NCBI GenBank assembly: GCA_020137815.1
Contig: CM035351.1
Coordinates: 8,494,001-8,558,000 of the forward strand
Origin: Hormiphora californensis
Lineage: Eukaryota > Animalia > Ctenophora
Length of the DNA stretch: 64,000 bases
Direction of reading: 5' to 3'
Each line of letters starts with the position of its first letter. The stretch's first letter is position 1. Shown in pieces: positions 1 through 14,390 of the stretch. The position numbers were made by a program, and so were the translations under genes. The notes under the pieces are model-generated. The model was not told the DNA's origin. It did no database searches and saw only the letters and a program-made list of their open reading frames with translations.

Positions 1-209
1 GATGAAACGAAATATCATAATTGGCCAGCTGGAGCTAGTTGGAGACCTAGAGAATGGTGTGAATGAATGTTCTCAACACGTGGTTTCTTTGTGTCATCAC
101 AATGAGTAACGTTTTACGGATTACAAGTTTGAAAAGGGGGGGGGGGGCAACACGCTCCTCACATAATACTCGCACACTCCTCACAAAATACTCCTCACAT
201 TCTACTCAC

Positions 210-1766
210 ACTATATTCTCGGTTGTCCTCCTCCTGCCAGGCTCGCTCCTCCTCATTATACACTAGGTAGGGACCCGCATCGAAGGCCTCGTTAATCTGG
301 TCGATGGTGTAGGAACACACAATGGATCCTGTTTGTAGGCTCCTAAGTGGAGGGGAAGGAGGGGAGACGGTTAGAAACTTATATATTTAACAACCCTTCC
401 TTTCTCTCAAGGCAGCCCCTCTAATTATATACCAGCTCCCCCAATTGCGCTTTGTTTCCCCGGCCCCGCATTTAAACTATCTCCCTCTCCCTCTCCCTTT
501 GAATGACTGCAACACTTACTTTGGCCCGCTGAACGATGCGTAGAGCATTCCATCTCTGAAGACCGCTCCATCTGAAGGAGATAGACATACACGTGTGAGG
601 TACATCGAGGGGCGGGGGAGATAATAGGGTCGATCAAAGCTGGGACTGCTATTGTTTTCAGCCTCATCATGTTATTGGGAAATGATAAATGTGAAATTAT
701 TGCCCTGAATAGTTGGACCGCGTGTCTATCTCAATTGCACCAGACAATTGTGTAGATTGCTAGTACAATGGTGAATTGGTGATCAAGATACGGAAAGTTT
801 CTCTTTCTCTGTTTCTTTTTAAAGGTACAACATGAACTTACCAACTTCATCGTGATCAAAGGGCGACTCGCCCACACGAGAACTAGTGCAGTAGAGCCGG
901 GCCTTGAAGTAAGAAAGGAAGTAACCGTTGAAGAAGGCGCTGCTGCTACCAACGTCATTCTTACAAATCCGGGCTACTCGGGAGTAGATTTTCTGAAATG
1001 GGCCGGAGGAATTAATTATGAAAATTTAGAGAAAGAGGGAGGGGAGGAATAATTATGGAGGGGGAGCACATGAGGAAGAGAAACTTGTGGGGGAGGTGCA
1101 TATCACACCGGGAAACACACACTCATGAGGAGAAGGAGTGAGAGAGAGAGATGGTAGAAAGAGAGAAAGAGGGAGAGATAGAGAGGGAGAGAGAGATAGA
1201 TAGAGAGGCAGAGATGGTATACAGAGAGATGAGTAGAGAGAAAGGAGGGCGTGTGTTTGTTCAATGCACGCCCTCACACACAACCCCCCTCGCTCCATCA
1301 CAAACATACAACCCTCCAGTTTTTACCTCCGTAGCGACCTCCGTTGCCGTTTCCCGGTACAGAAAATACACGTGATCTCCACTCTCGAAGCTGTACACAA
1401 ACTGAGGGTTGTTAAGCATGTCGTCTGTTTTGAAGGTTTGGGAGGTAGCGGATAGAGAACCGGGCTGTAGGTTGAATCTGGTAATAGCTCGACCGTTGGA
1501 AGCAAAACCGATATCTGAAACAGATCACATGCTAGGTGAGTTATAATATGCGTGTGTGGTCAGGGGAGATTAGTGGAGGGGGAATATGAATGGGACCGGG
1601 CATAATCGAGGAGCTGCGGCCTGGTATTTTTTCCGTCGTAATAAAGTTTAGCAAGCGGATAAACCGAGCGGCATTGCGTCGCCAACATGGGCCTGTCTGT
1701 AACAAGGGGGGATCTCTCTCTTCATGTTCCACTAGTTCACAATATAGTCACAAAAATAATTACACT

Positions 1767-1839
<73 letters not shown>

Positions 1840-2431
1840 ATCCTCTTCTCTCTGTGTCACTCTTTATAAAACTATCGCCTATCGGGTAACAGTAAATGAT
1901 CTGCTGTGCCCCGGAGGAGAGATGAGTGCTCTCCCCCTTCAGTTGGGTGGTTGGCCAGTTGTGCAAGAGCGATGATGGTAGGGGGGGGGGGCTATCACGT
2001 GCCTATAATAGCTAATATATATCGGGTAATAGCTTCCAGTAAACTACTTCAAGCAGGAAGCTCGGAGTAGTTTACCGGATATAGGAAGAAGGGAAGAAAT
2101 AGAGACTAAGGGGATAGTAATTACCTCCATCGTTCAGGGAGATGTAGGAGGTCGTTACGGATGGATCAGACGGGCAGAACCCCTTTCCTGGTCGAACAAA
2201 GGCTCGTTCCTTGAAACTTAGATTGGATACCTGCGGTAGGGGAGAGGTTTAGAACGAAATATCGTGACCAACTGACCAACTTTTACTTACAAGAAAACCT
2301 TTTTGACTAAAATTTGTCAAGTCTATAATGTTCTCTTTCTCTCTCTAGCTCTTTCTCTCTTTTTCAAGATTTCTTTTAGAGACATGTGTTTAGCAGGGAA
2401 ACGAGAAAAAGAAATGCAGGGAGAGAGAAAC

Positions 2432-2467
<36 letters not shown>

Positions 2468-4800
2468 TCAGTTTATTAAATCTATACTGCACTGGGAGGT
2501 ATATATTTCTTTGAAAAACAGGTCTAAATACACAGTTGGTAGCTATAAAGAGCAAATGCTCTAACCAAAGTCTCAGAGTTTCTTTCACTATCCCTTCCCC
2601 TCACTTCTCTCTCCTCCCCATGTGTAACGCTCTTCTCTCACCGCCCCCTTCTACCTCCCTCTCTCTCCCATGTGTAATGCAGAGCACGAGCCGGACCACT
2701 TACAATAATCGGTGCACAATTTGAGAGTGGCTAACTCAGAGTCACACTTTTAGTTCAGCGCTTCTATCTTCCCCCCGCAGACACCGAAGACATGCATGCG
2801 GACCTGTCTGGATAATATACTACACCATCTCTCTCTCTCTCTCTCTCTCTTTCATGCGAAAAGAACTACTGGGCAGCTCAGTAGAATGGGGGGCTGGATA
2901 CTCAGGGACATGCAAGGAATATTGTTGTTGTGATTGTGTACTGGGGTGAAGCACACGTGTTGCAATCCTGTAATTTAGGGGCTCATGCAGTTGACACCGG
3001 GATTTGCTGGGAGAGAGAGAGAGAGAGAGAGAGAGAGACGAAAGGAGAAGATAGAGTAGAGGATAGAGAGGCGATTGCATCTCGCTCGATCTGTCGTTTA
3101 TCTGTCTCTTCGGCTCCTGTGGATTCCCTCTCTTTTCCTCTCCATACTTCTTCCCCTTCTCTCCCCTCTTCCCCCTTTCCCTCCCTCTCTTATCCCTTTT
3201 TTCCTCTTTCGCTTTCGCAAAAACCCAAAAAAAAGGAAAAAAGGTCACGGTCAAGCACTCTGCAACCCCCGGGGTAGTAGGTAAACTCCGTTCCCCCCCC
3301 TTGTTGGCCTTTTTTTCCGGGGGGCTCGGAATTCCTTGGGTTTGGTCCAGGTTTTATCTTCCCAGGGAATGGTTTTAAAAGGCCTTTATGGGGATAATTG
3401 CCTTAAACCCCCCCAACTTTAGCCTCCCTTTCAGTAAGGCTCATTGTATAAGGCTTTTTTCCAATCGGTAGATATTTCAATTTTGGGTTTCTTCAGTGGA
3501 ATTTAAAACCGGGTTTATTTTGGGTTTTAGCGAGAAAGGGGAGGGGGAATAAAGCCAAATTGGATTTTCAAATGATGGGTTGGGGGGGACGGAAAGGGAA
3601 AAAAAAGTTTCAACGAGCTGTGACCCCGGGCAAATACATGAAGGGAACCCCAAAGGGGTTTGATAAAATTTTTGTGCCCAAATTCACCCCAAAACCCCCC
3701 CCCGGGCCCCGTACCGGTGGCTTCGCCCCTTCCCCTGTTTTCCTTTTTAAACCCCCTTAAAACCAGACCTTGTTTTTCTCTCTCTCCCCCAAAATTTTCC
3801 AAATTTTTTTTTAGTTTTCTTTTCCTTTTTTCTCTTTTTTTCCCCCCCCCTTTTTTTTCTTCCCCTTCCCCCTTTTTCTTTTTGGGCCCCCTTTTTTCCC
3901 GTTTTTTTCCCCTTTTTTTTTTTTTGGAAAAACCCCCCATTTTTCCTAGACCACTGGTTTAATGCACTTTATCGGGGGCTAATGACTCCAGGTCCCCCCC
4001 CCCCCCCATAAAAATAGAACCTCTGTGGAACGAGTAGAAACGAAATCACCCTGCAAAATAATATCGCTCTCTTTTTAAACAAATTCTAGTGCTTAGATTT
4101 TTCTCAGTTTAGGATGATGTCTCTTTCAGATGACATATAAACCCCGGACAGATTTCCAATTTGTGGGATAGAAAAGATACTGAGAAAAAAAAGAAGCACC
4201 GAGATAATAAATATTCAAGTGAGGGGTTAAAAAGAAACCCCCACAAAAATCCTGGAAATGAGGACAAAGAGAGATTACTTTCGTAGTAACCTTGCTTGCC
4301 ATCTCCCGGGATCGTGATACCCTCCCCAATAGCACCCTTCATTGTTGTTTATCTTTCCTTCTTTTTCAACACCATGAGGTTTTTATTCACAACCCCCCCC
4401 CCCCGAGGGTAAGGCCCAGCTATGTCCTTCCCACTACACATTTCCGCCCTTTCTCTCTCTTCCCTTCGCTCTTGCTTTCTCTCTCCTTCTCTTCCTGTCT
4501 ATGTATCTCTCTCTCCCTCTCTCTTTCTCTCCCTCCCTCTCTCTCTATTTCGGCGCTCCGTCCTCCACGTTCTTGTTTCCCCTTGTTTCGCCGTTATTAG
4601 TTAATGGGAAACCCCGATCCGAAACTATTCTTCCAAGCCCCTCCTCTCGGCTCTCCGACTCTCTCTGCAAAATCTCTTCTGGGGCCTCTCATCCTCTCAC
4701 TCCTCTCGCTCCTTCTCTCTCTCTCATCTCTCTCTATCTCGCTCCTCTCGTCTCTCTCTATCCCCTCCCTCCCCTCTCTCTCTCTCTCCAACTGCTCTTC

Positions 4801-4854
<54 letters not shown>

Positions 4855-6311
4855 TCTCTCTCTCTCTAACAACATCCCGGAGGGGCCTTGTCCGCACCTC
4901 CAGCAGGATATATTTCCTCAATTAGATAGATCAATTATCGATGGATCCCCCACACCCGATCATTGTCGGTTCCCCTTACAACACCCCCCCCCCTCCTGTG
5001 AATCCTTGAAAATGATCTATTTTTCGCATCTCCCAGCGATATAATATATCTCCCCTTACAAGTTCTCTAAATCACTATTATATTTTCTCTCTTCCACTCC
5101 TTTTTCTCTAGATCTCTCTCGTTCATACGTGCAGATGATATTATAACCCACTCTAGAGATTCTCTATCTTGTATCTCTCTCTAAAGTTATCTCTCTTTCT
5201 CTCTCCCTCTCGCATGCGTAGTAGTGGTCGAACAGGGTTATAGAGAGAAAAGGGAGGAGAGAAAGCGAGACTGATAGAAAAGTGATGAAGGCAAATGTCA
5301 AGTTAACTGTGAGCGAGCAATTAGTAAGGCACTTGCTATATCTCTCTCTTATGCTCCTCCCTGCTAAAGGTCATAACTTATTCTGTTATTCTTCTCTAAA
5401 TCAGTCAATAGTCCTTGTAAAGGGGGTGTGGCACTGCACCTACAACCTATACTACTAGGTGGGATACTGTACCAGACGTGTGGTGGTGGGGACGCCACCA
5501 AGGGGGGCAGCACTAAAAAGTATTTCCCCATTCTGTACACGTACTAATTCACAACCTAATTAACAACAAGTCTACTACCACTGCTCCCCCCGAACTATTC
5601 CCCACGAGACTCAACACAACAAAATGTGTACTACATCACCCCCCCCCCCCCCCCGCTACAACAGTCTATCAATCCCTAACTCTTGCACTTGTTAGAGCAT
5701 ATAACTTAGAGGGGCCGTGCAGGACAGTAGGGAGGTGCACCATTATACCACTTACACTACTACCTGCCAGTAGTGCAGAAAATGGATGGAGAGAGAGAGA
5801 ATAGTAAACTCTGTGTAATATTAGTAACTTACACTTCTAACGTCGCATTTAGGGTCGTAGCCCCATGTTCCACAAGTCATGATGTCCTGCTCTCCTAACT
5901 TCAATAGGACCTTGTAGTAGTTCTGGCAATCGTCCTGAGAGAGAAGTATCATGGTTAGGGATAAGATGGGGGAAGGTAAGCAATATCATATTTAAATGCG
6001 TTGATGTGAAATATTAAGATGCGAGTGAACTTGTAATTACTTAGTTGAAGATGGTTAAAACAATCTCTCAACAAGTTTTGATTGGAGACAGTTACCAAGT
6101 TAACCACATACGATCTCGAGGAAATATGTGTAATAAGATCGTCGGAATTTTGTGTGGAGAATAAGAGGTGCCTCGAGAGGAGAGAAGGGACCGGGAAAAA
6201 GGTGAGAAAGGTTTAAGTATATCATACTATGCTCTCTTTACCCCGCTCTCTCACGGTTCACGGCCCTTTGGTGCTTCGCCCACGTGTAACGAAGTGAACA
6301 CATCTCTCACA

Positions 6312-6407
<96 letters not shown>

Positions 6408-6815
6408 ACACATGGTACACATTCATAATGAGCGAGGGTTATTATACTACTACTACTTGAATATATAATTCCTGGTCCCTTTAGTAGCTCTTTATCTCTC
6501 CCTCTCTCCCTCTCTCTCTCTCTCTCTCTTTCCTTCTCTCTCTCCATTTCTCTCAACTCTTTTTTTAAAGCACCCCATCTGCCATCAGGAAGTGTTTTAG
6601 TACGTGGACGTGCACCCCTGGCCCCCATTCTCTCTATCTATCTCTCCATCTATCTCTCTCTATCTTCCTCTCTATCTCCCATGCTCATCTCGTATGCCAT
6701 GGTACACACACGGGTCCGTGTGAAACAAACGAACATTCAGCGGCCTTCCCATCATCCCCCAACCATCTCATTTCATTCTGATCAGAAGGATAAGCCAGAA
6801 GGAGAGAGAGAGAGA

Positions 6816-6866
<51 letters not shown>

Positions 6867-7081
6867 AGAGAGAGAAATGATAGAGTGATATAGAGAGGGT
6901 AAGAGAACACAGATCAGAAAAGGACAAGACCGATTCCAATATATTCAATAAGACAGGTCCTATCCACGATTTGACAAATTGTCCGCTCATCTCCAACGTC
7001 CATTGTCCATGGGCCGAATCCTCAATGATAACCATCATGCCCATCTGAACTCTCTCTAGACTCTATCTATCTATCGCTCTA

Positions 7082-7164
<83 letters not shown>

Positions 7165-7380
7165 AGTTTTTATCTCATTCTCTTCCCATCCCCCAGTTCG
7201 CACACAAAGTTCTCCTCTGGATAACATGCATGAGGCTAGTTACTCGCCCGATTGGGTATACCATACAAAGGAAAGAAGAGAGAGAGATAGGGGCCAATTA
7301 ATCAGATATGCGTATAGAAGCCATCTCTCTATCAAGCTTCGCTTAGGGAGGGCAAAGAGAGAGGGAGATGGGGGAGAGAT

Positions 7381-7443
<63 letters not shown>

Positions 7444-9357
7444 AGATCAGGTGTGTCGCGGTGCTTATCCAACGTCAGGATTCTTCTCTTGATGGGTTCC
7501 AGTACAACTATAGAGCTGATTAATAACAACTCTCCCTCCACTTTACAATAACAACTCTCTCCCCCCCCCCCTCTCTCTCTCTCTTTCTCTCTCCTCAATT
7601 TTACTACATCTCTCTCACTATGACCCCATCTGTAGTAGCAAGGATTCTCTTGAGCTGATCTCACATACTCAAGGACCGTGCAACAGAAAGAGATAGAGAT
7701 GGGAGAGGGAAAGATAGAGAGTGAGACTGAGTGAGAGAGAGAAGGGGATTAGATTGAAATCAGATTGAAACGAGTTCAATTATAATATGACTTGGAATAG
7801 CTCTGAGCTCACACTTGGGACAAAGACACCCCTCACGATATAGTTATAGTGATGAGAAGATATATATTGCGTCTATATTTCACGAGACAATGGAACGGGT
7901 GTATTTATTTTCACCGTGCGGGGTAACACAATGAGTAATGGCGTGGGTATTTGTCACCCAATATTGTGTAGAATACACCCACAATTGTTTTCTTACCTCT
8001 GACCGGCCGTCATTCAGACACATCTCCACGTTTGTCTCTAACATCTTCTGTAATGTAAAAAACACGGTGTTAGTCGGACGGGAAAAGTGAAAGATATAGC
8101 TCTAACTACATAATCCCATTACATCTCTCCCTCTTTGTTGTTTTCTCGGATCCCAATTTTACCGAAATCAGTTTAGTTTCACATCACAGGTTTAGTCACA
8201 CTATAATAACCCTCCTGCCAGCCTGGAGACGTGGTGTTCCGACACTGCTGCTCAGTGGGGGTAGTATGACGTACAGTAAACTACAAACCTCCCACAGGGA
8301 TAGTTTGCACTAAATTGTGGTGTAACTGAGTGCATGTGTTATAACCCTTCTGTGAAGCGGTATAAAATGCTATTTTTATGCTATTTTAATGCCACCCAGG
8401 AGTTGTCATCACTAGCTCTCTCTCTCAGTTTTTCGCACGACTGAGCTGCTAAGTTTCAAAGGAACAGTTAGAGCAATCGGGGTGGGATGGGAGGGAGGAT
8501 TCTCTCTCTCCCACTGCTAGTGAGATCACGTGATACCACAGAAAACAGGCCGCAGAGAGGGGGGGTGGAGGTGTGAAGATAAGAAAGAGAGATAGATAAC
8601 CATGGTGTGGGAGGTATAAATAGGGGACAATCAAGATTTTACACCTCCAATGTATCACCCACTTAGCCGGTCCCCCTTGGTGTGTGTTCACTGTCACTGA
8701 TAAGAAGGGAGAGAGAGTCTGATCGAATTATGAGATCCTCCCACCCCCCCCCCCCCCGGCTAGTACCACTACCAACACCTCTCAATATGATACGGTGAAA
8801 CACGAACACCAGACATCACATGACACCACGTGGCACCTAGTACTAACACCTCTACAATCGGAGTAAGTAGGGTTCAATGTGTTTTTTAGGTTCACATCAG
8901 ATCACAATTCATAAACACAACGATAATATTATTAAAATGTAATAATAAGAATTAAACAACATGTGGTTCATTATCACATACCGTATCGTCCTGGAAAGTT
9001 TCATGGGAATCCATCTGCATGTCAATAGAGTGTAATTGGTTCCTGTGAAACGAGTTGGTATCAGTAAACTAGACCGGGGCAACCCCCCCTGCTGTGTTAT
9101 GGGATCACGAGTTTTGTGAAACTCTGCTTTGCAATTTTGAACTTCTCAAATCCTTCTATCATCACTTCCGCGGGGTCTGGGCATGTCAACCCACGATAGC
9201 AGGTATAATAATTTTAACTTTCTATTATATAGACTCCCTCCCCTGCTGCTATGTCTGTCAAGTGAGGTTCAACCTGTCAGTGAACAAATAGGCAATCTAG
9301 CTTTATATAATAGAATGTTCATAATCGGCTAGAAGGAGAGAGGGGAGATAGAGAGGG

Positions 9358-9445
<88 letters not shown>

Positions 9446-12363
9446 GAGAGGGAGAGGGGGAGAGAGAGCGATAACTCTTGACATTCAATTTAAACTCAAA
9501 TATAGCTCACCATTGGCCTTGTCACCCAGGTTTTTTTGCGTGTGTCGTAAAGGACCAAGGCTGGAGTAAAACATGAATTTTTGATAGAGAGAGATCGCAC
9601 GAGAGAGAAATAGGAGAAAGGAGCGGTCAATTGGGAGAGGCTGTGAGACCTGGTAATTTTGACCCGCACGCTTCCCCTAGCTGGTGACAGCCTGGCGACA
9701 ACCCTCCTTGATTGGAATTATGAAACCCCGACAACCTCCCTCCTGATTGGAATTATAAAACCCCGACAACCCCCGTCCCCCTCCTGATTGGAATTATAAA
9801 ACCACGTGTTTGCCTTGGTATAATAATTCCCCTCTCCAAATTCTGATTAGAAGTTTCAAGTTCATGAATCTCCTGCCCGGGCACGCACTGCGAGAGAACC
9901 ATGGCGTTCCCTGTTTCTGGAATTCTCCCAGCAGCTGCAGTCCCCATTGGCTGCACGGGGGTACTAGACGAGCCAATGGCAGTGCAGCATGCCTTTCGAG
10001 ATTAGGGTAAAATTGGAGGTGTGAAATATCACAAGTTTTCTAAATAGAATTATTAGATCAAAGATACCCATACAGTAGAAAGAGAGAGAGGGGAGGACAG
10101 AGAAGATGGATTACCTCACGCCCCCAGAAACACCACCCAGTTCTTATCATGGTGCGCTGATGCTAAAAAAGGTCATGCGCGCATCGATGACCATTCCTGA
10201 AAATTTGCTACCCAGCATAATTTGTTGACAGATCCGATGCACTGCAATTCCCATGAACTTTAACTACTAATAAATTGCACTATTTTTGTACAAGAAATTA
10301 TCAGACAGATAGAAAAAGAGAGCGAGAGGGATAGAAAGAAAGCGAGAGAGATACTAGAGCTGGAGTGCGAAAGTTCTATGGTTTCACCCAATGCGAGCTG
10401 TCTGTCAAGCGGAGTGTGTGTTTTCTCACCTTCCTCCTAGAATGAGATGGTTGGTTGTGTCGTACATTAGGGAGGTAAAGGTCACATCATCATCGTGGAA
10501 TTGTTTACAGCCCTGACACTCTGGAAAAAAAAATTATTAAATTGGACGGATCCCCTAGAGCTGGGACAGCTTTTTGTGATGTCCCCTAAGGGGGGGGGGG
10601 GGGAGGTTGTAAACGGAGCCAGCTAAGCGTGGGATGTACCCAGCACATAATAATAATATGTGGATTTTATAATTTATTCATTGGCATCTTATGATGACGA
10701 TTTCTTTCTAATGATGGCGATGAGGGAGAGATAGATAGAGGGATAGAAAGAAAGATAGAGGAAGGATTAAACAAACAAAGATTTTTAACTGAGAATGTTC
10801 ATGGGCCGCCTAACTTTGTCGGACAATTTTTGTAATAATAAGTGATAGCATGGAGAAGGGAGACAGAGAAAAGGAGACGGAGAAAAAGAGACAGAGAGAA
10901 AGAGTAAAAGAAAGAAAGCAAGAAATATATGATCTGTCTATGATTGTGTGCAAGAAATCCCGTGGCACAAAACTATTGTTTTTGATCATTTTCGCAACAT
11001 GTGTAAGCCCCCTTCATCAACTGGTCGCTGTAAACTCTCTCGTCCCTAATTGAACCCCCTCACACACTCTCTCAACTAGAATGATACTTGAGATTTCCGG
11101 CTGCCCTTGTGCGAAGGGTCAAGGAGAGAGAAAGAGGGAGAGAAAGAGGGAGAGAGATGGGGGAGAGAAAGAGAGAAAGATGGAGGGTATAGTAAAAGAG
11201 ATAGATGAGGGTGGAAAAGGTGATTAGAAGGAGCACAAGAGTTGCGGTATTTGGTTGTCACACACACAGATGGTGTGTCTAGCCCCAACCTCTTCTTCAG
11301 GAAGATTAGAGCTCACACAATCGTGCACTTAGAGTGCCTCTCCCAAGGGAAGAGCGGAGTGCATCTTTCTACTACTATAAGTGGCCTATAAAGTGGAGGA
11401 ATTACTGAATTACTGTGCTATTTCCATCCCGCATCTGCAGATTTAAACCGCGAGCTACTAGTCTCAGGACTGTAGCAGCAGTAGGAGAGTAGAGGATTAT
11501 GAGAAAAAACATGGAGCGATCAGTGTCTATCTCTAATCTCTCTCACTTTATTTCTCTCCCTCTCCCTTCTCTCTCTCACACGCACACAAGACCGTGTTTT
11601 TGAGTTGATTTGATGAGTCATGCTGCCCTAGCACAGCCTCAGGGCAGCAGGATGGATACTCCGTAGTTAATTCCCCCTCGGCTACTGACTTGATCATTCA
11701 CAAACCGTGATTTGAGTAGTAGTGGTGGTTCCTGACACGGCCATGAGACGAGGGGGGGGGGGGCTTATAAAAACAACCGATATTATTGGGATTATTTTAA
11801 TGAATGTGACACCGTGTGTCAGGTTGTGTGGTTGGACAGGGGAATTTACCAAAGACATCCGGGATAAGTTGAGGGAGAGAGAGAGAGAAAATGAGTTAGA
11901 AAAGGAGTGTCCCCACTGTTATACCCAGACAGAAAATGGGGGAGAGACACTGCACCGATACACACAGACACTGATTCAGCCCGCCCCTACATTTTCAAAG
12001 TTGGGGCATCATCTGCGGTTTCCTAGTAGTAGAGAAGGAGACACGTGATGTGTGCATGTGTGTGTCATGGTACTGTGCTACTAGTACTCACTAGATTAGA
12101 CAGGTGAACCATTAGAAGCAGAGATCTACATACTACATAAAGATACTAGAACATCAAACATGTTGTTGCACATACTGTTTAGAATAATATTGGTGGTGAG
12201 GAGCAGAGAGGCGATAGAAAGAGATGGTATTTATTGGGAATGAAGAAGAGTTATAGAAAGATCTATGACAATAAAACAAACCTGAGTTGGGAAGTAGTAG
12301 CCATCTTTGTAGCCCAGATACCCCTCCAAGTGTGAATAATAATAACCAAACTACGGTACCCAT
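210..12363 (-). CDS. Semaphorin (Sema domain, signal peptide); 3' part continues beyond window start
   Basis: Phase-consistent GT-AG exons 12363-12282, 10520-10430, 9042-8982, 8047-7997, 5934-5833, 2230-2125, 1514-1327, 992-842, 571-520, 342-210. Translation: [17 protein letters not shown] (signal)...LILGGRNQL...DCQNYYKVL...[11 protein letters not shown]...GKGFCPSDP...[18 protein letters not shown]...[12 protein letters not shown]...FKARLYC...GSIVCSY, all hallmark Sema-domain motifs. Confidence 0.93.
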
Positions 12364-14390
12364 ACCCTGCTAGAATGGAAAGAAGGGTACTTTACTGCAA
12401 AACATAATTAGTGGATCTTATTACAGGGCGGGAGATAATAATGTTCACCAAATGCTAAGAGGGATAAAAACACTGGCATAAACAAAAACACTGAAACGCA
12501 CACTGGCCCAGAAAAGTAATGTTCCGCAACACAAACAAATCGAGAGCGGTGGATAGAATTTAACTGGGGCACCGATTACGAGGGGGAAAGAGGATACATT
12601 TCTGATGAGAATCCAATCAGATAATTGGGAGGTTAAGCACTGCCGGAACTAGGGGCCCCCAGTAGCACTTGGCTCGTGTGAGTGGGCTCGTGTATCAGGG
12701 CGCTGATAATGTTGTGTGAGTGCCTCACTTGCTCATCTTACAAGAGGAATGCTGTAAGTTCACTCAACAATCAACAATCAATGCAATCCCGGCATGACAT
12801 TCGAACTATAAAAACAGCTAATACACAATTGACACAACTTAGAAGGTAGCTTAAATCATGATGCAACTCAATGTACATATCACGCGTGACCCAACCGGTA
12901 TATTATGAATTTATTAGAACAGCTCAAATTCAACAAATCATGTCTTCGGAGTTTTAGATTTAAAGTTGCAACAACAATATTTAGTCCAGATGTTCAATCG
13001 AAGATCCTGGGAGCGAACTACCATATGGTTGTAACATAATTTGTTTTGAACAGCTGGATATCATGATATATCAAAGTAACAACCAATCAAGATCAAACGA
13101 TAATCCAAAATAAGTAATAACAAAACTGGAGCAGGCAGCATGTTGCAAACTTGAATTCGATAGTGGTTGATGGATGTGGGAACAGCTGTCGATCTGGCAA
13201 TGAATTGTTATGTTCTAACCACCCTTTTAATGTTTGTCACAATGAGAGAGGGTTGAGGAAGGCCAGCCAGACAAGTATCGACTACTATTCAATTGATTTA
13301 TAAAATCAGCTAGATATGGTTTACAAAATACAAGTTACAAAACAAACATTTGATGTCAGAAGATGCACCAAACAAAACTATCTCAACAGTTGCAAACCAT
13401 TGCATATTTTCCTAAAAACTTACAACACAACGCCTGTCAGAAACGTTTAAATGAGGACAAACGACGTTTTGCGCCGGAAGAAAAATTCAGGTCAGCTCAA
13501 GCTCAGTTCATCAAACTCAGTCCAATCGCGCGCCACATTTATGCGCGCCACAAAACTGCAACGTTTTTAGTAGAAATAAGACCGACGCGACGATTGTGAC
13601 GTAACGCGCGGACTGGGATTGGACAAAAGTTTTTAAAACTGCAGTTTTCTAAAAATGTTTTTTTGCTGCACTCTAGAATTTGCTGTTTGTTTTGCAGTTT
13701 GCACCTTGTCGTGCGCTGCAGTGATTTACTGTAGCGGAGTGAGGAGTCCCCCAGTGAACGCGTTTTTGACGGCTATCACTGATACATTGGACTGTAGGGC
13801 GTAGGCTGCAGCGTAGGCCAAAACCGAACCGTCGCGGTCGGCCAACCGTTTGTCAACCACGTTTTTAGTAAATTCACTGTTGAGAATGACAAGATACACC
13901 GTGCACGATTCTTTGGCTGAAATTCCCAGCTATGCAGGCGTCAAAGCAGGGGCGAAGCAAGGCTGGGTCCAGTGGGTCCAGCGTCAAAGGAGTGCGTTAA
14001 AGGAGTGGAAACATAACGACTTCTGGCAGAAGTCTTCTGCAACATTTGACGAATATGCCGACAGGCTCCCACATTGGAGTTTGGACAAATCAATGTAAGA
14101 ATGCCCGTTACATTGTCGGTTTCCGATTTGATGTGAGAGTAGTTCATTCCAACGTAGCACTGTATCTCTCCACCCTTCCAGCAGCCTTATAGAGATCATG
14201 AGCAAAGGAAGATGAGATGCTACATGAGGAGGATACACATGGTGGAAGGGGGCTCGTTCTCCCCTCTGATCCTGGCGAAGGGAACGAGGACAAACATGGC
14301 TAGAGATACCTATAGATCATGTCGGCCATCAAACAGAAACTAAGATTATCGATCCTCAGGTTCACATTTAGGAGGTTGAGTGGTTGTAGG

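Noticed and set aside
3100-5100. Lys/Phe/Pro-rich ORFs in the semaphorin intron
   Set aside because: Homopolymer-inflated, low-complexity sequence typical of poor-quality reads; no domain signal.
10114-10197. Alternative semaphorin exon (AG...GTAA bounded, VFLG-like text)
   Set aside because: In-frame stops in the compatible phases; exon 10520-10430 fits perfectly.
13850-14240. Short ORFs upstream of the LINE
   Set aside because: No recognisable domain or consistent splice structure.
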